Positions 22,583 through 35,352 of a stretch of 64,000 nucleotides of DNA are shown here, in pieces. This stretch comes from Pelomyxa schiedti (Eukaryota > Protista > Evosea). The stretch covers positions 1-64,000 of the forward strand of contig JAHLWZ010000813.1 of the NCBI GenBank assembly GCA_020536535.1. Direction: 5' to 3'. The notes under the pieces were generated by a model. The model was not told the DNA's origin. It did no database searches and saw only the letters and a list, made by a program, of their open reading frames with translations. The position numbers and the translations under genes are program-made. Every line of letters starts with the position of its first letter. Positions within the stretch are counted from its first letter, which is position 1.

Positions 22583-25500
22583 ATGTCTGAATCGTGCAAT
22601 TGTTGCAGCAAGTCGTCGACATCCACGTCGGCAGCACATCGGGTTCCAAGTCGCATTGGGTGCATGTCGTGGATCCCCGGGTGGTTTCGGGGCCTGCTTC
22701 GTACTTGTGGGTGCGGGTGCTGTCCCCCACCGCCCGCGTCGTCCTCGTCCTCGTCCGCCGCCTCGTCGTCGTACCTTGGGGGCGGCGAAATTCCCCACCT
22801 GAGCTCGCACAACCTCCTGGGCTCGGTCGGCTCCTACTACGACGAAGACGATGGGGCGGCCGCAGGCGGAGGAGGTGGCGGGGGCGGGGGCGGGCGGGCG
22901 CCGCGGACGTCGGTGGACTGCCTCGACGACGAGATAGCGGCGCAGGCGCTGAGGAAGGCGGCGAGGCGCAAGTACGACGGCAAGACGCACTACCTGTCGC
23001 ACCTGGAGCTGCCCGAGGCCAAGCGGGCCAGGCGCGAGAGGCACAAGTCGCGCCGCAGCAAGCAGAAGGCGGCGGCCGCCTCGCGGTCCCACGCGGGCTC
23101 CGGGGGGGGCAAGAGCAGCAAGGGGAAGGAGCGGGACGACGAGCGGGAGGACGAGAAGGACAGCAGAGACGGAGACGGAGACGGCGGCGACGGCGCCGGC
23201 GTCGAGGACGAGGACGAGAACGGGATCGCGGACAAAGCGGGCAGTGAGACTATCGGCGGAAGAAGCCTCGGCGGGGACGGGTCGGTCAGGGTCAGCATTA
23301 TGGGAGACAGCCCCGCCACTGACTCAGAGGTCCTGGAATCCAGCGGGAGCAAAAGTACCAGCAGAAGCAAGGGAAAAGGCGAAATCAGGGGGGGTGGCAA
23401 CTCCCAGGGGTCCAAAGGAGGAAAGATCAAGAAGCAATCAAAGTACAAGAAGGACTACGACGAGGATACTTCCACCGACGACGATGACGACTTTGGAAGC
23501 GGTACGTCGAATGAAGGCAGTGACATTGAGAGGGCTGGGGGCAATGCTGTTCTTGTTGGGGTATAACTTGGCGAGATATATAAAGATTCACATTTTTCCA
23601 ATGCACGCGTGCACTGCACAACCAACCAAAAAAAACAAAAACAAAAAATAAAAAATAGAAAAGAAAAAGAAATTATAACGGTCAACTATAAGGATGAGGA
23701 GGAAGGAATTGAAATGGAAGACCTTACTCAAAAGCAAGTGGCTGTTCCGCACAGAAAGCTGACAAAGCTGGAATTCTTTGATAGAGTGGACTTTTTACTT
23801 GCACTTTGTGAGGTGTGTCTTTCCCGCAAGGCAAACTACACCCTCTCCAAGGCTCAAGCGTTTTCAATTTAGGCTCTTCATCGATATGGCTTACCAACAC
23901 ACCGTCTCGAATATCAAATCACTTGGGCTGCTCGTGTGCTTCACTCCCTTCATTACTAGGTCCTCGTTTACTTTGTTTCTTTCAGATCGATTTGGGATAC
24001 AAGGAGTGGTCTTAGTTTTTCCAACAGGTATTCTTATATCCTTTGACCACACTCAATTGTGGAAGTGATGAGTTGCATGTTTAAACGTGTTGGTTCACAC
24101 AAGAGGTCTTTCTATTTATTCTTCTACCCTCCCCTTTTTATAATACCGTACAGTTATACGTACAATATAAATTCCGAAGCGAGTTGGGACCTTGATAAGT
24201 TGGAGCAGACTGACCAACTTGCAGATAAAGTGAGACCTTAGTTAAACCACACATCCCTCAACATGCGTTAGGTAGCAAAAAATTTAGTTTCCCTACGCAG
24301 TGGCATTAAGGAATTGAAAGCCATATATGACAGACCTCCAAAATACCCTTGGTGGATCAAATTATTTTGCATGACAATCCAGAGTGGTGTTATAGCACCA
24401 TGGTTCTTTGGAGGTGGCCTTGTGGAAGCTGGAGGTTGTCTATTTTCTACTTCTGTCCTTGCTCACTTTCCATAGTTAGCATGATATGTGGTCTTATGGT
24501 TGGTTTATTAGTCATGTTGGCAGATCGTTCTATCATTTTTGCCAGATTACTTGAACCTTTATCTGCCTTTTTGGTACTTTTATTCTGAAACGCATTTGTA
24601 ACATATTTCAGGTAGCCTTCTTCGTTGGTGTTTTTGGTTACACTCAGGTCTGTACATAATGGTAAGTGTTGCGACTAAATCCATCCAGTGGTTTGGACCA
24701 ATAGATACCGTGTGCATATTACTGTCTGGTGTGGTATGGTGTTTACCTGGTTTGCAAATCAACACTGCCATTTTCGATTTGGCCACTCATATGGTTGACC
24801 TCCTGTGCAACCCTAATTTCAAACTGAGCGAACGCGTAGATGGTATCTGGAACCGCTAGACTTTTGTTTGCCACACTGATACTATTCGAACTTGGCTTCG
24901 GATTGGCACTTGGACTTGGATTATCGTCACTATTCCCAGAGGAATCACTGTCATCCTCCCTATCTTCTTCTGTCGAAGTCTCTCTTCCTACAATTCCATT
25001 GAAGTACAACTCCTCTTTTGTAACAAAGTATTTTATACTTCTCAGTCAGTGGCTGGCTATACTATACTGTCCTATCGCCGCCGTTTCGTTTGGTTTACTT
25101 CTTGGAGCGTCACCAAGACAGTTCGTGCCAATAATTATTGCTGCCTGTTGTGCCACTTCCGTATCCATGCTAAACAGGTCTGCGTGTACTGTTTAGAACA
25201 CTAATTCTTACTGGTTGGCAGAGTATTCGGAAGTGAGATGGCAACAATGGTGGCTCAGGTTAGTTCCTGTCACTTTACATAATAGACTTACCAAACAAAG
25301 AGTTCCGTTATAATAATGGGGAATACGTATGCCAGAATCTTTAAGCGGCCTGCTTTCGTCCCTACATGCATTGGTATTGTTCTTTTTCATATTCAAACTT
25401 TCTAATCGAGGGAAAAAAGGTTCCCTGTTACTTATGCCTAGGTAATTATTACCCACATTCCTTGTCAGTAACCGGGCTTTTCTTATATTATTATTAGTTC

Positions 25501-25698
25501 ACTTGGGGTTCGAGGAATAACAGCTGTTACCTTAACCAATGACGTTATATCCGCCGTTGGGTTTACATACGCCCTACTCTTAACTGGTTCATTCCACAAA
25601 CCCAACTCCCACAGATACTAACACACACCAAAGCTGTATCCATGGTCGTTGGAGGATTCTTAGGAAATATGGTTGCCTGGCCAGCCAAGTCTCTATAA
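22583..25698 (+). CDS. Threonine/serine exporter (ThrE/Prm10-like) membrane protein with a long charged N-terminus
   Basis: ALHRYGLPTHRLEY, VFPTGILISF, WDLDKLEQ, LLSGVVWCLPGLQINTAIFDLA and GSLGVRGI. Confidence 0.8.
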
Positions 25699-25829
25699 AT
25701 ACCCCACCCCCAGATAACCCAACCCACCAGAACCACCAACACCCCCTCAAAACCCGAATCAATCAATTTTTTTTCGTGTAATTTTCCAGCGAAAACGCAC
25801 GTAACCATTGGCAAAAAATCTTTCAAGCT

Positions 25830-26901
25830 ATGGGAACGGTCATCAAGTACGCGATACCGGCGGCGGCTACGTCGATCGTGTGCACGCTGTTGGGGTGCGC
25901 CCACGTGTCGTGGAGAATGGGGCACCTGTCGCCGTACGTCACGCGGTTCCCTCCCATAATATCGCTGACGGGGCGGCTGATGCCGGAGCGCCTGATCTAC
26001 GCGGTGGGGCTGTCGCTCGTGGCGGCGTCGATGGCGTACTTGGGGCGCTACGTGCACGGGTTCGTGGTTCCCAGGCTCACGAGGGGCGGCGGCGACCAAG
26101 TTGGCAGATTGAACACGGCGGCGTGGTGGTCGATTTACGTCGCCGCCGCGGGTTTGTGTGTTCAGTCGGTGATTCCTCTCCAGGTGTGCGTGGGCTTATG
26201 AATTATGGGAAAATGGGGCTGGTGATAAGATAGGGGTTTTTTTTTTTTTTTTTTAGTTGTAAAGGTAGCAACACAAGTACGTTTGATAGGATACTATTAT
26301 ATAAGAAGTTATAGCTTCCACCTTGTTCTCTCATCTACCTTGTACTCATTTGGGATAGTAATTCTTCAAATCAAACAGAGTGATATATTCGCCGTGATGA
26401 ATGGGGAGGGCTCACTAAAGGCCCAGTCAGTCATTCATCAAGGAGCGGCACTAATTTTCTTTTTACTAACAATGCTGCACACATATCTGCTTCTCTATAT
26501 GATAAAGTGCGTTGTCATTCTCATTCAGTCAGAATACATTATTAATAACAACCTTCAACCTCTAACACTCATTGATATTTGTTACCCTCAGGAAGTCACC
26601 CAAACTCAATCAGCACCTGGGTGGGACAATGTGGTACTTAAGAGCCGGTATTCTGTGTGCCTCAGTCCTGGCCCTGTTTCTTGGTGCCTTTTACCACCCT
26701 ACATCACCAAAGCTCGTCACAACAGGAGCATCGACAGCAGATATCAAAGTGGAGATAATTGCAAATCAATTGTTTGTGGGAGCTCTGTCACAGTGGCTGT
26801 GGTGCCTCTGTTTTGTGCTCATCCTGTGCGTTTATGATTATGAGCTCAAAAAATTGTCACCACTTCTTTCCTATTCACATTCCTTTTCCTTCGACCAATA
26901 A
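25830..26901 (+). CDS. Frag1/DRAM/Sfk1 (TMEM150-like) membrane protein
   Basis: FPPIISLTGRLMPERLIYAVGL, IHQGAALIFF and GALSQW; about 6 TM segments. Confidence 0.75.
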
Positions 26902-26964
26902 TTGCAAAGATAATGGTTCATTCTATTGTTCTTACTCCCCAAACACTAAAAGGGTGGTTGTTCC

Positions 26965-29265
26965 TCATTCATCATCATCTGAAGAACATGAGAATTCAGA
27001 GAAGTCCTCATTGTGTTCATGTCCAGACTGTGTCCTAGCAGTCAAATGACTGGGGGTGAACGTTGGTGTCACCGAGGCAATATTGGGGGAAACACAGACT
27101 GGATTTTCAGGATCACCCTGTGAAGAGTTAATTCTCTGATGTGCTCAATGTTTGGATTTACAATGGATGGTGCATAGGGTGGGATCACAGTTCTGTTGAG
27201 AATGTCGGCCCAACAAATTCCTTGGAAAAACTGAGGTAGTCGAAGTCAGAAAAAAGGATGGGTTATTAACTTATGGAATACCGGGTGTTGTTTCATCAAA
27301 GCAGGGTCACATAGTCTATCAACAGGGTTTTTGGCTAACAACTGGTTTGTGGTGTAAGAAAATTCGTATTAGAATGGTGGAGACCTTGGAAATAAAGTCT
27401 ATTTCTTCAGGGGAAAGACCTGGCGGAAAAGTGGGAGATTGGGACATAACTCGTGCAAACAGATCAGGAACACTTGGAGCATTAAATGGAGTCTGTAACA
27501 AATGGCAAAGGAAAAAGCCAATGTCAACATTGAGAACAGAGTTGAATCAGTGCATACAACACCCGTCCGCAGTTCGTACAATAGAATTCCTAATACACTG
27601 AGAACAGAATAAAATAACTAAAACAGAACCAAGAGACCACCAGTCTACAGAGACACCTAAGGGTGTATTAGTTAGAGATTTGTTGTGTGCATAGAGACCA
27701 TAGCCTTCGCCACGTAATATTTCTGGTGCTAATAGATATTAGATCGTGGTAGAAGTTCAATTGACTTGGTTACCCATGTATTCAGGAGTTCCACAAAAGG
27801 TTGAAGTTGTTTCGCCTTTTCTTAACAGTTTTGCGAGTCCTGTGTCCCGTGATTTCGAGTTAAGTCACTTTTTTCACATACGAAGGTCGAGGAGGCAAAC
27901 GTGGCCTTAAGTAGATGAGATAAAAGAGAACCGAGGGGGTACAAACCTTCCTTGGATACAAATATTTCTTCTGGCTTGAGATCTCTGAATTGAAGTAAGA
28001 GATTGTTGCATTGGGTCTTCTCACCGGAATATAATTGGCAAGTTATGGAGATGCTCCAAGGCAAGAAGAAGTTCAGCAGCCCAGATTTTCACTACAGGGG
28101 CATCAAATCTAACCGCTTGGGACAGGTGGTGAAACAGTTCCCCACCAGCGAAGTAGTCAAATATGAAGTAATTCTAGCTATATGTTACCTCATTTGGTGA
28201 TAAAGAAGTGAGACATATTCAGGGGTTCCATAAGAATAATGGGGGGCTGCCACAAATGGGCTGTGGATAAATTCATATTGCACTTGTTCTGGAGGCTTTC
28301 TTGGTTTTCCAAGTGGTGTTTTGGAAGTCCTCATGGAGAAGTATTTCTTGGATGGTATATGTTGTACACAACACAGCTTGAAACGACAGTAAAAAACGAG
28401 AATTACGACAGATGAAGAAACCTCATCTGAACTCTCTCTTTTAATAATATGTACGAGTCTAAAGTCGGATAAAAGTACGGGTATTTCCTTGAATTATTTG
28501 TCTCTCTACTTGGGTTTTGAGATTACCTGAAATAAAAGCCTGCCAATATTTTTCACAATCTCTTCTGGAAGGCACTTAAGAACACTTCCCACAGAGGCTC
28601 TAGGGTGGTAGAATCCGACTAAAAATGTCAAGAGTGCCTGCTTCATCGTTGCTTTCCACACCTATAATCTGTCAGTTGCCTAATTCTGGGACACTTTTTC
28701 TGGTACCTCAGGAAAGTATGTGGTCAGAGCATTGTTGATTTCGGCAATCCACGAGTCCCTCTCTTGTTCACTTACAGCAGCCAGGTGGAAACACATTTCC
28801 TTGGAGTTGATGCAAAAGCAAAGTGATGGAGACACACCTCTCCTCAGTGTTAGAATTGGAGAATTTGTGTTGAACAAACCCACAGTGGGTGATCCTGGCC
28901 AAGGCATGCCAACATGTTAGGGTCGTCAAGTTGAATTTTCCTCAGTTCCTTCTCTCCTTTTCGTTTTCTCTGTGAGGTTTTTTTTTTATTATCCCGTTTG
29001 GTGCTTAGTATTTAACACAATGATACAAGTAAGCTGTTTGCTTTTCCAATACATTCTAATTGTAAGTCATTTGTATGTAATTTGCTACCATGAATACAAT
29101 CAGTTCATTGTGAGATGTCAAAACCACGTAGCGCATCGCCCACGTGCTCCCTCCATCTTCGAACACCAACAAATTTCCTTTCTTCCTCCACGATCGACCT
29201 TGTGTTGTCCCACAATGTGGAGACCAGTACCGCCAATGAGCCGAAGGTGGTGGACCGTCACTCAT
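26965..29265 (-). CDS. PH domain, HPR/F-box-like motif and AGC-family pseudokinase
   Basis: PH (KKGNLL...WAMRYVVL; FHLAAVSEQERDSWIAEI); kinase GELFHHL, RDLKPEEI, TFCGTPEYM, VDWWSL, FFQGICW; catalytic motifs degenerate. Stop at 26965-26967. Confidence 0.82.
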
Positions 29266-29672
29266 TCAATCAACAAAGAAAAGAACACAAAAGAAAAGCC
29301 TCAGGATTCCGACAGGCGCACACAACAGGCAGTTAATCTCGAAGGGGCAGGGAGAAACTTCTGGCGGTTGGTGATCGAGGAATCAAATAGAACACAGAAA
29401 AGCTGTGAAAACAAGATCTGAAGGAAAGGAGGGCGAATCAGGCCTTACGGAAGTGGTTTTTTGTGCTCCTCTCATGAAATTTCAATGCACGAAAGTGCAA
29501 CGGTGATTGGGTCCGGTTTTGTACCTCTGAGAGTATCATAAAAGCAACGTTCTTCTTCCTTTCCAAATATAAGGAACCGAGAACAGTCAGTTAATCTGTT
29601 TCCCAAAAAAACCTGCGTGCAAAAAAAGCTGATCAAAAACCCCACCAAAATCCATTCCTCTGAAAAAAACCA

Positions 29673-32204
29673 ATGTCTATGCAACGAAAGAACTGTTACT
29701 TCGGAACCACAACGTCTACGGGCACAGCCACAGCGTCGTACGTTGGCGGCGGCGGCCCCACCAAACGCGTTCCTGGACTGCTGAGTCCTAACCTGGCCCA
29801 CAACAAATACCCCCGCGGCACTCCCCCCGCCGTGCAACCCAATTATGGGATGTGCGGCGCCTCCTCTCCCTACGAAGACTACAGGTTAAACACCCCAGGC
29901 AGCACTGACACGACACCCATAATCAACGGCGCGGACGACCCCCCGAGCGAGTTTTCGCCCCCGGGCACCTACTCCTACGGGTCACCGTCCTACAGCAACG
30001 ACCTCGCACCCACAACAATAACAGCCAACAGCACCCTCAGCCACAACCCTCGATACTACTCCCGAGGATCTGCCAACAATTCAGCCACTGGGGGTATTTA
30101 CGCTCCTCCTCCTCAGCCTCAGCCTCAGCCACAGCCACAGCTCCAGCCCCGTAGCAGGCCTCAGCCTCAGCCCCCATCGCAGCCCCAGCCTCAAGTTCGA
30201 ACTTTTGTTATCAGCCCGGGCGCGGTGAGAATCAGAGGGGGGCACAATACATTCAATTCTGGTGGAAATGGTGGCAGCCCTGAAGGTTGATTTTTTTGGT
30301 TATTACTATTATGAAATTATTATTTTTATTGGCTATGTAATTTTCAACTTATTATTAATTAATTTTTTTTTTTGTTCTTTTTTTCTCCTGGATCTGTGGA
30401 ATGGAATGTATTCTTAATCCACATTTAGTGCAGGGAACAATGGGGGACTTTGATCAGAAGCAAATACAGAGCCACCCTGGAAGGGAGTTGGTGCCTCCAA
30501 GTGTCTATCCCCCTGATCAAGATTCGTTTAACTCCGAGGAGCTTGTGCCGCAAATAGATCAACCTCTTTCCGAGAGTGGCAGTGGCAGTGACAGTGATAG
30601 TGACGAACCCCTAGAGATTTATGTTAACCGAAATAACCGTCTGGAATCAATTGGACATATATCTGCACACACTCTTCGTCAGATGACATACAAAGGGACC
30701 ATCTTGAAGAAAGCACCTCACAGATCCACCACACAAGTACATCACCCTACTGGAAATCCTCCTTGTATGGAACAAGCCGGAGAAGTGGAAAATGCACAAC
30801 CTGTAAATCCACAAACTGCATTTCCAGCTGAATCAGTAACTAAGAATGAAGCCCCATACATTTCTACCAATACACCAGTCACAACAGGAGACAATACCAA
30901 AGAATCATCAGAGATCACTAATTCAGATGGTCCAAATCAATCTAGACAACAACCAACATCCCCTGAAGACGACAACGACGACGATTTCACAAGAGGCTCT
31001 GATGATACAAGCGTTTCAGCCAAACTTCAGGCCTGTAAAGATTTTGTCAGTAGTATTGAAGAGTTTGTGCCGCGAAGCATGCAACCCCCACACATGCAAC
31101 CTCACATGCAACCGGAAATGGAAACACAACACTCATCCTCCCTCTCTCCCACCGTAAGACGGTTTTCATCCATGCCAGTTACACGGCACCAACCTACTAG
31201 AATTTCTATGCCACTAATACCACACCCCAATACACCTCCTTGCGAACCTTCAGGCATACAGATGCCACTACTTGATCCAGATACACAACCTTTCACGCCT
31301 AGCCGACCCCTACAACAACCCTTATTTCTTGAAGGTAATGCCCAACATCAACCTTACTCGTCAGCATGCCAGTATCCAGTAATGAAGACAGCTATAAGAA
31401 ACTTCCCCACAGCTCCTCCTATACACAGAGCATTCACCAATGACCCAGCTGCACAGGTTGTTTACCCGTCTTTTGGGTTTCTTTAAAACTCTGACAGGTG
31501 GAACCCCCACAGCATCTGTACCCTCCTGGTGTTACAGAAAGAAAAATGATAACAATACCAGCACCGATTAGAAAGCTCCCTTCAGCGCCACCAGTGGTAT
31601 TTTCTAATATTATACTCCCTATGCTTGACATGGCGCAGTATCAGACTTCTATGATCGAAAGGGAAGAAGCATTTTCATTTGCCGGACCAAGGTTCACTAT
31701 CTCTGTGCACTCTGATGGGTCTATTACTGATCCAAGAACTACCCTAATGATCAAGAACATCCCAAATAAGTACACCCAGAGGATGATTCTCGAGGAAATA
31801 AACAGGAACCACTCAGGGTCCTATGATTTCTTCTATCTACCAATAGACTTCAAGGTACTACTCCTATCCTTTTTACCCTACTTTACACCTGCCAGAATAA
31901 ATGCAATGTTGGGTATGCCTTCATCAATATGGTCAGCACGGACCGGATATCGGCCTTCCTCAGTGAATTCATGCACACAAGATGGTCACGTTTCAACTCC
32001 GAGAAGATCTGCCAAATAACCTATGCGAGGATACAGGGCCTTACATCACTGATTGACCACTTCAAAACATCCTCACTATTAGCGGAGGAGGAAAAAGTAA
32101 GGCCAGTTGTGATGCTAAATGGAGAACTCCGGCCCTTCCCCGTTGGCGTGGAATTACACGTCGTAAGATGCGGATGTGCAGACTTTGTTGTCACGTGTGT
32201 TTAG
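29673..32204 (+). CDS. Mei2-like RNA-binding protein (C-terminal RRM3 only recognised; long P/Q/S-rich N-terminus)
   Basis: DPRTTLMIKNIPNKYTQ...YDFFYLPIDFK|NKCNVGYAFINM...FNSEKICQITYARIQG. Confidence 0.88.
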
Positions 32205-32391
32205 AAGATTCTTTTAATATCAGTTCTAACGCACTTTAACAGGGATGACCACCTACATCTCTACACTGGGGACCCAACTGAGCTTCCATAACTTTGTTTA
32301 TGTTTCACTTTGTTTAAAGAAGTACTCAAAATAGAAATAAGGCTTGGAAGCCTTTTTTCTTACAACACAGAAAATTTTCTTTAATGGATAA

Positions 32392-33397
32392 TCACGTGTT
32401 GAAAAAGGAGGAAACGAGAGGAGGAACGTGTTCATCACTTTTTGTGGTTACCCACTGTTGGAAATTAATCATGGAAATACTTGGGCGTGTTGAAGAAACC
32501 TGTTTGTATTGCTGAAGGTATTTGTCAGTTGGTTCAACCGATTCCCAGTCACAGCAGCAGAACATCCGGTATGCATCATTGGCATATTTTCCTATCCCAT
32601 GCAACTGGTCTGGGTATTCCCAATCCACAGTGAGGAACTCGTGGCTGAATTGCTTTAGGGCTACAGATCTTTTGTGCTGCAGACCTTCACAATCAGTGAG
32701 ATTGCAGAGGGAGGGTTGTGGTTGTGTGCCAAAAGGCAACCCAGAGGGGCAAGAAGTTGAGCTAACTCGTCATCAGTAGACTCACATAGTTCATGCGGCC
32801 CTGGGAATATCCCTGCTAAATTAGAATAGCCAAAAAGGTGGTACATTTACTAAAAAGGTTCTGCATCACTCTCCAGGCCTGGTTGCAACTCGTTTTGTTG
32901 AGTAACTGTTTGACTTAAAAACGGTTTAACAAGGGAAATCAACAACAAACCTGGCATGCAATAAGTAACTTCCATGGGTCCTTGGAAATATCACTGAAAC
33001 AAACCAAAATAAATGACACAACATGCATTAGAAGAAAAAAAAAAAAAAAAAAGCCACGCCACTCAGACACCGAAGCATACTAGTCACCACAGTCATCATA
33101 CACATCATACGCAATACGCACGTAGAACAATGACTCCTCGACGAGGTGCAGGGGGCTCACCGGGGGTTCCCGCGCCGAGCCGGGGCCCCCATGCGCGCGC
33201 GCCACGAGGTGGGCTGCCCGCGTGCTCGCTATGGCGTACCTCGGCCCCCGGCCCCCCCCAGGGGTCCCGCCCCCGATTGCCCCACACCTCCCTCCTCCCC
33301 CCTCTCGTTCCCACCCCTCCGCCGCTCCCTCTGGGGGATCATCAGTGCGTGGCGGAGCAGGGCTGGCCCAGTACGGCGACGTTCGTCTGTCCACCAT
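32392..33397 (-). CDS. MBD4: MBD4-like mismatch DNA glycosylase (HhH-GPD catalytic domain; no MBD domain seen)
   Basis: PPVSPLHLVEESLFY|DPWKLLIAC..LLNKT, LLAPLG|LQHKRS and LHGIGKYANDAYRMFC...PTDKYL. Confidence 0.88.
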
Positions 33398-33682
33398 TAG
33401 ATAGCGGCTACAAGATAAAGCATTTCAAATCTGTGGCGCTAATCAGGTACTGTACTCGAGTACTGTACCTGCACTCTTGTGCTTCGCGTGCAACAAAGTG
33501 GGCCATGTGTTCTCCCAAACGTACAGTTGCAGTTCTTGTCAGACTGCGCTGCCAGAGCGCAATAAGAACCGTTTTCCGTAGTTATAGGAAAGGCCACTTC
33601 AAAATTTCTTCAGTTTGGCCCAACCCCGGAGTTCAAGACTTTCGATTTGTACCAAAAATCAATCACACAAGACGAAAAGGAG

Positions 33683-35082
33683 ATGAGCATCCGGATTACA
33701 CTGTATTCAGCTAGGAACATAGCCCCGAGCACCACCTGCAGTGCCTCAGAGCTCAACCTTGACTGTGAGACTTCCATTCTCTCTGTATGGGGTGGTAGCG
33801 CTGGGATGTTTACTGAGCAAGTCCACATAGTGTGCCCTCTTTTTTTTGGAGTGTTAATACTGACACTGTGTAGAATGGGTGTCCTAAGAAGACCCCAGTG
33901 TGTGCCCATACTTTTGACCCATACTGGAACCACACGTGCTCATGGCCACTCAACATGGACACATGGAACGAGGCCCCAGATGACTTCACACTCAAGTTCA
34001 GAGTTCAAAGCGGCTCGCAGCTCTGTGGGCAGTTCAGCTACTCATGGCACCGCAAAATGCAACCTGACACTGGCTCGGTCACAATTCAAGGCCCGGTTAG
34101 TGGGAAGAGCTCACTGGGGAATACCTCGCTGACAGTGCGCTGCTTTGTAGACCTCTCTGAACAGGTAACAGTATCATTCCTTTGGTGTGACAACTCATAA
34201 TTGCGCAACTAGGCAAAAGCTGAAGCAAGGCAGCAAACTGCGGAGAAGGCCACTGCAAACTCTCAAGAAATAAAGGGAGAAATGATGAAGTTTGCCCAGG
34301 GTTTACTCCAGAGTTTGGCTGGTGAAATGTTTGCCAAAGTATTTGACCTGCGGTAATGTTCACGATGTGATTTGGAAAAAAAGGTTACAGAGGAAGACAA
34401 AGCCGCCTTGAGAGGGGCTTGTGAAGCAGCGGTGGCCTGGCTAAATGCCAACCAAGCTGCTTCCGGGGATCAAATTCAATATGAGAAACAGAAACTGGAT
34501 GGTATTAGCAGCATTTTAAATTGTCCACTTATTGTTTCGAGTAGGTATTGTCAATCCAATGCTCCAACGCCTTGAGCAAGAAGGTAAGATTGACATGAAG
34601 GCTGAAATGAGAAAGGGTATGGCGCAGATGAGCAATATGATGGGCGGAATGATGGGCGGCATGATGGGCATGGGAGGCGGAATGCCTGGGATGGGAGGAA
34701 TGCCAGGCAACCCAATGGGTATGTCATTTCAACATTTCATCCACTTATATGACCCAGGATGCATGGGCGGTCCAATGGGAGGAATGCCAGGAATGGGAAT
34801 GGGTATGGGAGGAATGCCGGGAATGGGAATGCAATGCCAAATGGGAGGAATGCCAGGTATGCAATGCCAAATGGGAATGTGTGGAATGCCAGGCCAGATG
34901 GGCGGAATGCCGGGCCAAATGGGAGGAATGCCAGGTATGCAATGCCAGATGGGTGGAATGCCGGGCCAAATGGGAGGGATGCAATATCAAATGGGCGGAA
35001 TGCCAGGAGGTATGGCATCCCATCATCTCTTTTTTTTTTTTTTGCACTTACGGCCAAAGCAATGCCAATGACATTGGGCTAA
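33683..35082 (+). CDS. C2-like domain, Hsp70 C-terminal lid helices and GGMP-repeat tail
   Basis: IRITLYSARNI...KTPVCAHTFDPYWN (C2-like); KVTEEDKAALRGACEAAVAWLNANQAA..IQYEKQKLDG|IVNPMLQRL (Hsp70 lid-like); many GGMPG(Q/M) units. Confidence 0.65.
34640..35010 (+). repeat. Coding degenerate tandem repeat (GGMPG/MQCQM units)
   Basis: Repeated atgggaggaatgcca(g)-type units, split by one intron. Confidence 0.85.
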
Positions 35083-35352
35083 ACCTGTTTCCTGTCGCTG
35101 CAGTCACAGCATGCAAATACGAACATATTGTCGTGGGTTTTTTCTTCAGTCATGGAAACAACAAAACTTGTTGCAGGCAAGTGGGTGAATAAATCAACAA
35201 ACAGTTGCGGTCATTTTCTTTGCCCACGCCTGCGTTAGAAGTTGTTGCAACGGTCGGCGGTAGAAGATCGTTTGTCCGTTACCTTCGGAGAACAGACAAG
35301 ATCTGAGGGAAATTTCCGAACCCGCAGGAAAAAGAACAAACAACCAAACGAA

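Noticed and set aside
24036-24045. ATATCCTTTG, a U12 AT-AC donor-like sequence
   Set aside because: Lies in the coding ThrE motif GILISF, and no AC acceptor is needed.
34640-35010. Regular short repeats that could be mistaken for a CRISPR array
   Set aside because: Degenerate in-frame coding repeats without unique spacers, in a eukaryotic gene.
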